From the sequence record SRR20825010_813: DNA of 35,957 nt. The stretch is one strand, 5' to 3'. Positions 16,365 through 26,761 of the stretch are shown here, piece after piece. The position numbers and the translations under genes were made by a program. The number at the start of each line of letters is the position of its first letter. The first letter of the stretch is position 1. The notes beneath the pieces are model-generated. The model saw only the letters and a list, made by a program, of their open reading frames with translations, did no database searches and was not told the DNA's origin.

Positions 16365-18365
16365 TTACTCTACAATCAATCGTTTTGTCATTCGTTGGTT
16401 GTTCACCAAAACTTCAACTAAGTACACTCCAGATTGTAATCCTTCAGTAGTTAATTGAATTGTAGAAGATGATTCCAAAGAACCGAAACTTTTTGAAGAC
16501 ACTTCTTTTCCTGACATGTCTAATAAACGAATTGCTACATCAGCAGCTGAAGGTAAATTCACTTCAACGATTGCATGTGTCGAAGCAGGGTTTGGATACA
16601 TTCTAAACGAAGCTGTATTCATTTCCTCTTCATTGATTCCGCTTGTACCGTAGATATTCGTTTTACCTGCATTGTCAATTGTTCCGTTTGGAGCAAGTAA
16701 CATACTAATGATATGCATATTATTCTCATCCCAATCAGCAGGAAGTGTAAACGTATATGTTCTTGCATGTTGTTCACCTGCGTTTACTGTTGCTGGAAAA
16801 CTAGATGCATCACCTGTGAAAGAAGGCTCAATAGCTCTAGCAACGTGATCGTAAACCATTTGAGATGCAGGAACAGGACTAGGCAATAATTCATATCCAC
16901 CCATTACTCCACTTCCACCGCCTGCATAGGCATTAGATTGAGCGTAACCAGAAGTTGTTCCTGTTACTCCATCTTCCGTTAAAACAACAGCCAATTTATA
17001 GTTGCTATTTGCTGCAGATTGGAAATCAGCATTCACAGTAACCACCAATTCGCGTGTATTTACATCCCATGTTGTTGAATGTGAAAGAAATGCAGTTGGA
17101 GCAGTTTGCAAACGTGTATAGAAATCATTTGTCATAGCCGAAGGATCCACATCAGCGCCGCGATCAACTAAAGCACTTGGGTATCCAGAAATCAAGGCTC
17201 CAATTCCAGCGTCATATTCTGCAACAGTCATTGGATCTCCATTATGCACAGCAATTCCAGCCCAGAATGGTCCGAAATCTTGTTCGAAACGATCCATAAA
17301 TACAGCTCCTCTTGGACACCATTGACACCATGTTCCTGTTCCTTCTTCTCCAACAACCACTTTTCCTGGTGCTGGAACTACTGGATTCACTGTTATTGTC
17401 AATGCATCGTCAGAAGGGTTATCATCTGCTCCTCCATTAATACTTGAGATTGTTGCAGTCGCATTATTTGATCCAGCTACAAGTGGAACAGCAGTTGCAA
17501 ATACAACATTGTAGGAAGTTGTTGAAGCAACATTTACTCCAGTAATTGTTTCAGTGTATTGATTACCATTGTAATCTACTGTTACATTAAAAGAAGTCAG
17601 TGCGCTAGTTCCTCCGTTTACTACATTTACTTTTGGGTAAACATTCAATCCAGCAATATTTCCTCCGATATTAAAGCTTCCAGCAATGGCGTTTAAGTTC
17701 GGTAAAGTATACGGCTGATGATCAAACATTATATCATCCATATAAAATGCACTTCCTTGAACTGGATAAATGTCCGCCGAAGCGATTTCGTTGATTCCAT
17801 TCGTCCAAGAACCGATTGAGTTTCCATCTACAAAAGCTTCCCAAATACCCAACGTTAAATTCGCTTCAATCTTAAGCGTTAACCATGTGTTTTGAGTATA
17901 AGTTCCAGTTGCAAGGTCATTTGTTAATCCATCATCTATGGAAATAGATCCATTAGCAAGCAAGTTGCAGTTCATCGCCCAAGTTGTTCCAATAACTGGA
18001 GTTGCTTGAAAATTGAAATAAGCATTTCCTCCTGTATTCACAAAAATTGCGGATTCAAACGTGAAAATTCCGTCTGTATATTGCTGTCCGAAGTCCAAGA
18101 CTACATCTTGAGGTCCTCCTGCTGCTGCATTTGACGAAAAATAGATCGAATTAGTTCCTGTGCTCGCTTGAGCGCTTGTTACTTGCGCATCTTCAGCTCC
18201 TCCTTCAGTTCCAGACCAGGTTGTCCAATACGACCCATTTGGACCAGGTCCGATATAGTCTCCAACGGAGTATCCTTCGCTCGATTCAAAACCGTCCGTA
18301 AAAATTTGGGCATTTGTTCCCAGAGTTGCAAGAATTGATGCAACGACAAGCGTAATTTTTTTCAT
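16365..18365 (-). CDS. Omp28-related protein with thioredoxin-like CxxC and T9SS type A C-terminal domain
   Basis: Signal peptide; VVGEEGTGTWCQWCPRG, IAVHNGDPM, GYPSALVDR, YDHVAR; CTD MYPNPAS...GVYLVEV...KRLIVE. Confidence 0.88.
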   Translation of the reverse strand: MKKITLVVASILATLGTNAQIFTDGFESSEGYSVGDYIGPGPNGSYWTTWSGTEGGAEDAQVTSAQASTGTNSIYFSSNAAAGGPQDVVLDFGQQYTDGIFTFESAIFVNTGGNAYFNFQATPVIGTTWAMNCNLLANGSISIDDGLTNDLATGTYTQNTWLTLKIEANLTLGIWEAFVDGNSIGSWTNGINEIASADIYPVQGSAFYMDDIMFDHQPYTLPNLNAIAGSFNIGGNIAGLNVYPKVNVVNGGTSALTSFNVTVDYNGNQYTETITGVNVASTTSYNVVFATAVPLVAGSNNATATISSINGGADDNPSDDALTITVNPVVPAPGKVVVGEEGTGTWCQWCPRGAVFMDRFEQDFGPFWAGIAVHNGDPMTVAEYDAGIGALISGYPSALVDRGADVDPSAMTNDFYTRLQTAPTAFLSHSTTWDVNTRELVVTVNADFQSAANSNYKLAVVLTEDGVTGTTSGYAQSNAYAGGGSGVMGGYELLPSPVPASQMVYDHVARAIEPSFTGDASSFPATVNAGEQHARTYTFTLPADWDENNMHIISMLLAPNGTIDNAGKTNIYGTSGINEEEMNTASFRMYPNPASTHAIVEVNLPSAADVAIRLLDMSGKEVSSKSFGSLESSSTIQLTTEGLQSGVYLVEVLVNNQRMTKRLIVE

Positions 18366-18460
18366 AATTTGAGTATTTCAAGGTTCTAAGCAACAAAATA
18401 CAACAACTCACGAATTTAAACTGTGTGCTAAACCGCTTTAATCAGTCAATTATTGAAATC

Positions 18461-19540
18461 TTACTTAAAATATCTGAAATCCTGATTTTCTTCGATAGCC
18501 AGTAATGAGTTATAGATCAATCGAATCGTATTTTCTACATCTTCCTTTCTACACATTTCTACCGTTGTGTGCATATATCTCAATGGTAAGGAGATTAGTG
18601 CACTTGGAACTCCTTCGTTTGAGTATGCAAAAGCGTCCGTATCTGTTCCTGTAGCTCTTGATGCAGCTGCTCTTTGAAAGGGAATCTTTTCTTTTTCCGC
18701 AGCGTCAATGATTAACTTTAATAAGTTGTTTTGTACTGCTGGGCCATACGTCAATACAGGACCATCACCCGATTTCAGATCGCCTTGTTCGATTTTATCA
18801 ATCATTGGGGTTCCCGTATCATGGCAAACATCCGTAACAATGGCTACATCTGGCTTGATTTTCTGTGCAATCATTTGAGCACCGCGCAATCCAACTTCTT
18901 CCTGTACCGCATTAACGATATACAAACCGAACGGAAGTTTCTTTTTATTCTCGTGCAATAAACGTGCAACTTCAGCAATCATAAAACCGCCAACACGATT
19001 GTCGAGTGCTCGTCCGCAAAATCTATTACTATTTAAAACAGTAAATTCATCTTCGAAAGTGGCTACACAACCGACGTGAATCCCCATTTTTTCAACTTCC
19101 TCCTTTGTTGAACAACCGCAATCAAGAAAAATATTCTTCATGCTAGGCGCATCGTCCTTCGTTTGACGGGTGTGAATTGCTGGCCAACCGAAAATTGCCT
19201 TCACAATTCCTTTTTCTGTATGAATATTCACTCTCTTCGAAGGGGCAATCATGTGATCGGAACCACCGTTTCTTCTCAAATAAATAAATCCGTCTTTCGT
19301 GATATAGTGTACAAACCAAGAAATTTCATCAGCATGCGCCTCAATCACTACTTTATACTTTGCTTTTGGATTAATTACACCAACGACTGTTCCGTAATTA
19401 TCGGTAAAGTATTCATCGATAAACGGTTTTACGTATGACAACCACATTTTTTGTCCAGCAGTTTCAAAACCTGTTGGTGATGCGTTGTTTAAATAATCTT
19501 CTAGAAATTTTTGAGATGCTTTTGTAATGACCTTCTTCAT
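18461..19540 (-). CDS. M42 family metallo-aminopeptidase
   Basis: AHADEI, ALDNRVG, VQEEVGLRGA, TDVCH, GTDTD, RYMHT. Confidence 0.93.
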   Translation of the reverse strand: MKKVITKASQKFLEDYLNNASPTGFETAGQKMWLSYVKPFIDEYFTDNYGTVVGVINPKAKYKVVIEAHADEISWFVHYITKDGFIYLRRNGGSDHMIAPSKRVNIHTEKGIVKAIFGWPAIHTRQTKDDAPSMKNIFLDCGCSTKEEVEKMGIHVGCVATFEDEFTVLNSNRFCGRALDNRVGGFMIAEVARLLHENKKKLPFGLYIVNAVQEEVGLRGAQMIAQKIKPDVAIVTDVCHDTGTPMIDKIEQGDLKSGDGPVLTYGPAVQNNLLKLIIDAAEKEKIPFQRAAASRATGTDTDAFAYSNEGVPSALISLPLRYMHTTVEMCRKEDVENTIRLIYNSLLAIEENQDFRYFK

Positions 19541-19583
19541 TGGAGAACTAATATTTTACACGAAGTTACTATTTGTATTGAAA

Positions 19584-22500
19584 TTACCTCAGCAGGGTAA
19601 CATTTCCCTTGATAATGGACTCTTGATCATCTATGCAGATCACTTTGAGGTAATAATCGTAAGTGTCTGGGTCCATTAATTTACCTCGGAATGTTCCGTC
19701 CCACCCTGAACCACGATCGAAAGATTCAAACACCATTTCTCCCCAGCGATCATATACTCGGAATACCATTTCTTTGATAGCGGGTCCACGGACATATAGG
19801 ATATCATTGTCTAAATCTCCGTTGGGAGAAAATGCATTTGGAATAAATAAATAAGGTTCAGCACACACAAACGTATATGCTTTCACTAAAACAGTATCAG
19901 ATCTGGTGCAAATTCCATCTGTTACAAAAAATGTGTACAATGTCGTTTGACTGATTAACGCATCCGTATTTTGCGTATTTGGACTTGATAAACCATCCTC
20001 TGGGAGCCATTGGTAATTTAATCCGCTCGGCTGACCTAAAAGCGTAACTGTTTGTCCAACTGGAACTACGTACTCACTAGCGTTCGCAATAACGGAACTG
20101 CTAGGAATTGATCCTACTAAAATTTGAATGGAATCCTCAATAACACATCCATTGCTCACCGAAGCAGTAACATAAAGGTATTGCGAAACTGCTGGGTTAA
20201 CGGTGACAGAGGTTCCTGTTGGTGAAGAAACTATGATAGAACTTGGACTCCACAGATACGTGAATGTAACGTTCGGATTCGTATTCGTGGCAGTAATAAC
20301 GGTCGTTTCTCCTATACAAATTGACGTATTTCCAGAAAGAATCAATGATGAAGAGATAAAATCAACGGTGACGCTATCGATTAGAGAACATCCTGCGTTT
20401 GAAACCATCACATAATACGTTACCGTCCCAGAAGGAGTAATTGAGAGCACAGAATCGGAAAGATTCGCATTCAAAGTGTCGGTGAAATTAATGTTGCTTG
20501 ACCAAATAAATTCGGTTGCGCTTCCGTTTGTAAACGCGGTAAACGTCATTGGTGTTGGTTCGCATAGTTCTTGATCTGGAGTCAATGTAAGTTCAAGAGA
20601 ATCGTAAACAACGATAGTTAACAATGCCGAATCTGTCAATAAACAAATGCTATCTGTCACATAGAGATAAACCTGATACGTTCCTGCAGTGTCGAATGTA
20701 ACTGTTGGTTCAAAGATGATTGAAGTCGTATCACCATTTCCAAAATCCCATAAATAGGAATCTGAATCCGTCGAGAAGTTATCGAATGTCACGGTAAAAG
20801 GCGCGCAACCAATGGTACTACTTGCGGTAAACTCCGCATTCGGGATTAATTCAAAATCAAACTTAAACACCAAATTATTGCAGTTGGAACTCAAATTCTG
20901 ACTCGACCACGCACCTGGAGTTGTATTAAAATCGCTAAATCCTCCACAACCTCCACAAACGGACTGATAAACAACCCCGTTTTTATCAAATCGTGAAGTC
21001 CCTCCATCTACATGTTCTTGAGCCGAAGATCCGCCAATGTATGAGCCATATAAAATCCCTCCGAAATCGCGCTCGATTACCAAAAGATAGAAATCAAATC
21101 CATTTGGCGCCGTTCCTTGGTAGGCATCTGGAGTAACAGGCATTCCGCTTAACGGAGTTCCTTGAAGTATATTTGCTCCCCATCCAGAAACGTACATGTT
21201 TCCACAAATATCCACTAAAAATGCCGCAGGAGAAATATTAATTTGCCCATTTCCGTTCCCAAAAACGGTCGAATTTAATGCCGTAGATAAGGTAGGATCC
21301 AGTTTCACAATAAACTGCGCGCTTCCTGCATTTACATAACTTGTATTAATGACTGGAAAGTTCCCTCCGCGCGACTGCCCAAGAACGTAGACGTTATCAT
21401 TTCTATCAATTTCTACGAAAAATGCTTGATCGTAGTTGGCAGTTCCAAGATAACTAGCCGCCAAAACACTCGTTCCAGCAGGGTTCAATTTTACCACAAA
21501 TCCATCTGAAATCCCACCGTTATATGTGGGTTGCCAACCACCTGCCGTGTTTGACAGGTTATTGGACGAAGTTCCTCCTGAAAAAACAATGTTAAATGTA
21601 GAATCAATTTTTACTGAATAACAAGCGTCATTTTGTGTGCCTCCGTAATAACTCGACCACTGCAATGCAGATAAATTTGAGTTCAATTTAAAAATCACGC
21701 CATCTTGTTGTCCAGCATTTGTTGGTTGAAAGGCATTCAATACTGGGAAATTTGTCGACCTCGTACAAGATGCGACAATGCAGTTCCCCACTGAATCGAT
21801 CATGATTTCTCCCCTGAACTGATCTCCATAATTGGTGGTTAATGAATCGTATGCGGCGACTGTACTGTAATTTCCTGATGTCACCTTATAGTTTACACCG
21901 TCATTTTGCGACCCTCCCATATAGGTGGAACCCATTAAATTTTGACCGTTCGCACTAAACTTGGCGATGTAAATATCCGTTCCGACATTTTGAAAATTCG
22001 ATCCATTAAAATTCACCGAAAGTGCTGTTCCTCCTCCAAAAGTCGATTGAAATCCTCCTTGAATAGGAAAATCCGTCGAAGAAGTAACTCCATACATGTA
22101 TACATTATTCTGCTGATCACAGATTAAACTATGCACGGTTTCTGTTCCTGTGATATTGTTTCCTCCACCAATGAATGTGGTCCAAATCATGGTTGTTCCA
22201 TCGGATGAATACTTTGATAGAAACGCATCCGTTGTTGCCGTATTTGTATTTGGAACTGTGATATTGGAATTCACATCATACGCATTGGGATCTGGCGTTG
22301 GATAATTGTTTCCGTAGATCACACCCCCTGAATAAGCTGTTCCATCGTAGCCATACGTTGCGGTCATTCCGAAATTATCCGTAACCGAACCGCAGTAAGT
22401 TGCAAAAACGAGAACGGGATCAATTATTAAAGTGGCATGACGAGCATATTCTCCCAATTTGAACTGAACCTCATTACCCGAAAGCACAAATTCGCAGTCG

Positions 22501-23153
22501 ACTTGTCTGATATTTCCGTTCACAATTTGATAAGCATACGGTTTCTTCTCGATGATTTTCCCTAACGAAGTTTGCACAACGAGATCGCCAGATGCTAGAA
22601 TGCTGATTTTTTCTTGTCCCGAATAATTCAGTTTAATAGTATTAGGATCTGCCCCAGGTCGAACGTGAAACTCGTATTTTAACTCATTTTCTTGTTCTAT
22701 TAATTTGAAGTCAATTTTATCGTAGAAATTTTTCAAAATTGCTTCTCCGTATCCATGAACGTCTGACGTCCAGTTATCGGGATTATTTCCTTGAAAGAAA
22801 TTATAATACTCTTTTGTTTCAATCGATTTTTCTATCTCCGTCACTAAATTGGATCCAGGGAAATTTAAATTGAGAACTGTCTGACGGTATTCAGATACAT
22901 TTTCTCCGTCTTTAGGATTCGCATGATACGCTTGAAGTCTTGAGAAATCTTGAAGGTGGAATACCATTTTCCCTTGCTGAACCCAAAGATTACCTCCTTG
23001 AAAATGCGTTTTGAAAAGAACATTTTTATTCCATTGTCCTTTATTTTCAATAAAAGCATGATGAATGGAGTGTCCATGCTCAATTTCTTGCGAGAGAACA
23101 CTGTAATTCGCACACAAGAATGCGATTAAAAAAATCAATCCGTTTTTTATCAT
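19584..23153 (-). CDS. T9SS type B cargo: SBBP-like beta-propeller repeats, PKD domain, gliding motility-associated CTD
   Basis: FIENKGQW, LIIDPVLVFATY, repeated STYMGG/SSYYGG/SYLG units, PKD YLWDFGNG, CTD FIPNAFSPNGD...YDRWGE...WDG...KGNVTLLR. Start set to MIKNG at 23153. Confidence 0.88.
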   Translation of the reverse strand: MIKNGLIFLIAFLCANYSVLSQEIEHGHSIHHAFIENKGQWNKNVLFKTHFQGGNLWVQQGKMVFHLQDFSRLQAYHANPKDGENVSEYRQTVLNLNFPGSNLVTEIEKSIETKEYYNFFQGNNPDNWTSDVHGYGEAILKNFYDKIDFKLIEQENELKYEFHVRPGADPNTIKLNYSGQEKISILASGDLVVQTSLGKIIEKKPYAYQIVNGNIRQVDCEFVLSGNEVQFKLGEYARHATLIIDPVLVFATYCGSVTDNFGMTATYGYDGTAYSGGVIYGNNYPTPDPNAYDVNSNITVPNTNTATTDAFLSKYSSDGTTMIWTTFIGGGNNITGTETVHSLICDQQNNVYMYGVTSSTDFPIQGGFQSTFGGGTALSVNFNGSNFQNVGTDIYIAKFSANGQNLMGSTYMGGSQNDGVNYKVTSGNYSTVAAYDSLTTNYGDQFRGEIMIDSVGNCIVASCTRSTNFPVLNAFQPTNAGQQDGVIFKLNSNLSALQWSSYYGGTQNDACYSVKIDSTFNIVFSGGTSSNNLSNTAGGWQPTYNGGISDGFVVKLNPAGTSVLAASYLGTANYDQAFFVEIDRNDNVYVLGQSRGGNFPVINTSYVNAGSAQFIVKLDPTLSTALNSTVFGNGNGQINISPAAFLVDICGNMYVSGWGANILQGTPLSGMPVTPDAYQGTAPNGFDFYLLVIERDFGGILYGSYIGGSSAQEHVDGGTSRFDKNGVVYQSVCGGCGGFSDFNTTPGAWSSQNLSSNCNNLVFKFDFELIPNAEFTASSTIGCAPFTVTFDNFSTDSDSYLWDFGNGDTTSIIFEPTVTFDTAGTYQVYLYVTDSICLLTDSALLTIVVYDSLELTLTPDQELCEPTPMTFTAFTNGSATEFIWSSNINFTDTLNANLSDSVLSITPSGTVTYYVMVSNAGCSLIDSVTVDFISSSLILSGNTSICIGETTVITATNTNPNVTFTYLWSPSSIIVSSPTGTSVTVNPAVSQYLYVTASVSNGCVIEDSIQILVGSIPSSSVIANASEYVVPVGQTVTLLGQPSGLNYQWLPEDGLSSPNTQNTDALISQTTLYTFFVTDGICTRSDTVLVKAYTFVCAEPYLFIPNAFSPNGDLDNDILYVRGPAIKEMVFRVYDRWGEMVFESFDRGSGWDGTFRGKLMDPDTYDYYLKVICIDDQESIIKGNVTLLR

Positions 23154-23226
23154 ACTTCTAATTGATCCTAAATTAGTCAATTTCAGATAAGACGCCAAAA
23201 ACAGCCTATAAGTTCGATGAAACAAC

Positions 23227-23234
23227 TACTTTTG
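23227..23234 (+). promoter_or_regulatory. -7 element (TACTTTTG) for the fabK-M16-M16 run
   Basis: Exact TAnnTTTG match 17 nt upstream of the ATG at 23252. Confidence 0.55.
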
Positions 23235-23251
23235 GAATAAGCAACAAAACC

Positions 23252-24205
23252 ATGAAAAATAGAATAACCTCTCTTTTTAAGATCGAATATCCAATCATCC
23301 AAGCTGGAATGATTTGGTGCTCAGGTTGGGAACTTGCCGCAGCGGTTTCTAACGCTGGTGGACTAGGAATTATTGGCTCAGGTTCGATGTATCCCGAAGT
23401 CTTGGAAGAACATATCCAAAAGTGCAAACAAGCAACGGATAAGCCTTTCGCAGTCAACCTTCCTATGCTCTATCCAGATATCGAAAAACATATAGATACT
23501 ATTATAAAATATAACGTCCCCATTGTTTTTACATCTGCGGGAAATCCAAAAACGTGGACGGAACATTTGAAAAAGCACGGAATAATCGTTGTTCACGTAG
23601 TTTCAAGTTTAAAATTCGCTTTGAAAGCACAAGACGCTGGTGTTGATGCAATTGTAGCAGAAGGTTTCGAGGCTGGCGGACACAACGGACGTGATGAAAC
23701 AACAACGCTTTGCCTGATCCCAATGGTTGCCAAGGAATTGAACATTCCCTTAATTGCAGCGGGTGGAATAGGAACTGGAAAAGCAATGCTCGCAGCTCTA
23801 AATTTAGGTGCAGATGCCGTTCAGGTAGGAAGTCGTTTTGTTGCTTCGCTTGAATCTAGTGCTCACGAAAATTTTAAAAATACGGTTGTAGATTCACAAG
23901 AGGGAGACACTCAACTTACTCTTAAAGAATTGACACCTGTGCGTTTGGTGAAAAATCCGTTTTATCAGCAAGTTCAAGAAGCGTATCAAAAATGTGCTAC
24001 GCCGGAGGAATTAAAATCACTTTTGGGCAGAGGACGTGCTAAAAAAGGAATGTTTGAGGGCGATTTGGTAGAAGGAGAACTAGAAATAGGTCAAGTAGCT
24101 GGATTAATAAAAGAAATAAAACCCGCAGCGGAAATTGTCGAAGAAATGCTCGAAGAATATAGAGCGGCACTTGCGGATCAAAACACATCTAAATTTCAAT
24201 TTTAA
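23252..24205 (+). CDS. fabK: FabK-like enoyl-ACP reductase II (nitronate monooxygenase family)
   Basis: PIIQAGMIWCSGWELAAAVSNAGGLG, AEGFEAGGHNGRDETTT and GELEIGQ closely resemble Porphyromonas FabK as recalled. Confidence 0.8.
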   Translation: MKNRITSLFKIEYPIIQAGMIWCSGWELAAAVSNAGGLGIIGSGSMYPEVLEEHIQKCKQATDKPFAVNLPMLYPDIEKHIDTIIKYNVPIVFTSAGNPKTWTEHLKKHGIIVVHVVSSLKFALKAQDAGVDAIVAEGFEAGGHNGRDETTTLCLIPMVAKELNIPLIAAGGIGTGKAMLAALNLGADAVQVGSRFVASLESSAHENFKNTVVDSQEGDTQLTLKELTPVRLVKNPFYQQVQEAYQKCATPEELKSLLGRGRAKKGMFEGDLVEGELEIGQVAGLIKEIKPAAEIVEEMLEEYRAALADQNTSKFQF

Positions 24206-25452
24206 TGATAGAATTTGAACGTTTTCAACTCGAAAATGGATTAAAAGTCATCTTCCATAAAGACATCACCACTCCAATGGCAGTAGTGAATGTACTTTAT
24301 GATGTTGGTGCTAGAGACGAATCTGAGGAAAAAACAGGATTCGCTCATTTATTCGAACATTTGATGTTTGGAGGCTCGGTAAATATTCCAGAATTCGATA
24401 CTCCACTTCAATTGGCAGGAGGCGAAAACAATGCATTTACTTCAAACGACATCACTAATTATTACGATGTCCTTCCCGTTCAAAATCTCGAAACAGCACT
24501 TTGGCTTGAGAGCGATCGAATGCTTTCTTTAGCATTTACGCCGAAAAGTTTGGAAGTTCAGCGATCTGTCGTTATCGAAGAGTTTAAACAACGTTACTTG
24601 AATCAGCCGTACGGTGATGTTTGGTTGGAATTACGCCCGTTGGTTTACACAGCACATCCGTATAAATGGGCAACCATCGGAAAGGAACTAAAACACATTG
24701 AAGACGCAACGATGGAAGATGTGAAAGCATTTTTCAAAAAGCACTATCATCCTGGAAATGCCATTTTGTGCGTTGCAGGAAACTTGGAGTTGGAAGATGT
24801 TAAATTGCTCGTAAAAAAATGGTTCGGTACCATTCCCGCAGGAGAAAAATCCGTTCGGAATCTGCCAATCGAGCCAATACAAAACGAACTTCGTGTGAAA
24901 ACGATTGAACGAAATGTTCCGTCGGATGCATTCTATTACGCGTTCAATATGGTGGATCGATTGCACGAAGATTTTTTCACAATAGATGTTCTATCTGACG
25001 CGCTTGGTCGTGACAAATCTTCTCGTTTGTACGTTAAACTCAAAAAAGAACTTCAACTTGTTTCAAATGTTAGCTCTTACATCACGGGGTCACTGAATGA
25101 AGGACTACTTGTGATTTCAGGGAAATTAAGTGCTGGAGTTACCTTTGAGCAATTAGATTCTGCTCTTTGGAATGTTCTTAGCGAGATCTGTCAAAGTGAA
25201 CTCTCAAGTACTGAATTAAGTCGAATTATGGCTAAAATCAGAACAGCCCGTGAATTTCAGGAGCAAGGATTGCTTAATCGAGCAATGAACTTGTCTATTT
25301 ATGAACTCCTTGGAGATGCTGAAATGATTAATCAAGAAGTACAGCATTACTTAAACATTACTCCAGCAGAAATTCTCAGAGTTGCGAAGAATGTTCTACG
25401 CAAAGAAAATTGCTCAATACTAAACGTAAAATCGATTCCAAATGCTGAATAG
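24205..25452 (+). CDS. M16 family zinc peptidase, catalytic subunit
   Basis: Inverted zinc motif HLFEH, NAFTS, LWLESDRM, VVIEE. Confidence 0.93.
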   Translation: MIEFERFQLENGLKVIFHKDITTPMAVVNVLYDVGARDESEEKTGFAHLFEHLMFGGSVNIPEFDTPLQLAGGENNAFTSNDITNYYDVLPVQNLETALWLESDRMLSLAFTPKSLEVQRSVVIEEFKQRYLNQPYGDVWLELRPLVYTAHPYKWATIGKELKHIEDATMEDVKAFFKKHYHPGNAILCVAGNLELEDVKLLVKKWFGTIPAGEKSVRNLPIEPIQNELRVKTIERNVPSDAFYYAFNMVDRLHEDFFTIDVLSDALGRDKSSRLYVKLKKELQLVSNVSSYITGSLNEGLLVISGKLSAGVTFEQLDSALWNVLSEICQSELSSTELSRIMAKIRTAREFQEQGLLNRAMNLSIYELLGDAEMINQEVQHYLNITPAEILRVAKNVLRKENCSILNVKSIPNAE

Positions 25453-26701
25453 AACAATTGCACCAAAATTGCAAATTATAGATAAAATCGATTTCGTTGC
25501 TCCAAGAAAATATGAATTAACTGGAGGAATCGTTTTGTATCACATGAAGGACGTTCCAAATGAAACGGCTCGCTTCGATCTATATTTTGACGCGGGTAAA
25601 TTCCGCGCAAAAAAAGGAATTCCTTCGTTTGTCAATGGACTTTTACTTTCAGGTACTTCGACTAAGACTTCGGTTCAGATTAACGAAGCAATTAACGAAA
25701 AAGGAGGCTTTTTTGAATCGGGAGTATCCGTTGAAAATTCTGTGATCTCTGTGCATTGCTTGCGCGAATTTTTGCTTCCAATACTTTCGATAATCACAGA
25801 TGCGATCATTAATACAGCATTCCATGAAAAAGAAGTAAAGGAATTACTTGCGGATCGAAAACAACAGCATAAAATCAACGAAGAAAAAGTAAGTTACTTG
25901 GCGCAGCGTGCTTTTCAAAAAGTACTATTTCACTCAAATGAAGCTTATTCAAGTTCAACGCAATTCGAAGATTTTGACAATGTTAGCATTGATGATTTAA
26001 AACAGTTTCATAAGAAGCATTACTTACAAGGACTTCAGAAAGTAGTTGTAGTTGGTGACTTATCTGAAAATGAAATGATTGCCCTAAAATCGATTATTTC
26101 TGTTTTTGAAGGATCAACTCAAAACGATTTTGATGCAGATTTGATGAATACTGCAGGTGAAGTGTCTGTTGACAAGAAAGATGCTGTTCAATCGGCAATT
26201 AGAGTTGGAAGAACACTTTTCACGAAAAATCATCCCGATTATTTAGATTTTATCATTTTAAACACGTTGATCGGCGATTATTTCGGGAGTCGCTTGATGA
26301 CAAATATTCGTGAAGACAAGGGATATACCTACGGAATTGGATCAGTTCTAGCAGAACTAAACGCTTCTGGTTATTTCTTAATTGCCACTGAAGTTGGAAA
26401 AGATGTAAAAGAAAAAGCGCTGGAAGAGATCAAGTTCGAAATTGATCGTTTACGCAATGAGCCTGTCGGACAGGATGAATTAACACTTGTGCGCAATTAC
26501 ATGTTGGGGCAACTCTTAAAAAGTGCCGACGGTCCTTACGCCATGACAGACCTATTCTTAAGTGTCGAAATACACGGCAAAGACCTCGATTTTTATAATG
26601 AAGCATTGGAAAGTCTTCATAAAATAACTCCGGAGAGAATTCAAGAACTCGCAAACAAATATTTGAATTGGGAAGACTTCTCTATTGTCACAGCTGGCTA
26701 G
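25442..26701 (+). CDS. M16 family peptidase, non-catalytic partner subunit
   Basis: Lacks HxxEH; has SRLMTNIREDKGYTYG; overlaps the catalytic subunit gene. Confidence 0.9.
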   Translation: MLNRTIAPKLQIIDKIDFVAPRKYELTGGIVLYHMKDVPNETARFDLYFDAGKFRAKKGIPSFVNGLLLSGTSTKTSVQINEAINEKGGFFESGVSVENSVISVHCLREFLLPILSIITDAIINTAFHEKEVKELLADRKQQHKINEEKVSYLAQRAFQKVLFHSNEAYSSSTQFEDFDNVSIDDLKQFHKKHYLQGLQKVVVVGDLSENEMIALKSIISVFEGSTQNDFDADLMNTAGEVSVDKKDAVQSAIRVGRTLFTKNHPDYLDFIILNTLIGDYFGSRLMTNIREDKGYTYGIGSVLAELNASGYFLIATEVGKDVKEKALEEIKFEIDRLRNEPVGQDELTLVRNYMLGQLLKSADGPYAMTDLFLSVEIHGKDLDFYNEALESLHKITPERIQELANKYLNWEDFSIVTAG

Positions 26702-26761
26702 CAACTATCGCTGTTCTACTTCGTCTTCATACTAGGTTCCGATAAAAATCGTTATACAGAT

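Noticed and set aside
25442-26701. M16 protein lacking HxxEH as a possible pseudogene
   Set aside because: The ORF is intact, and catalytic plus non-catalytic pairs are normal for heterodimeric M16B peptidases.
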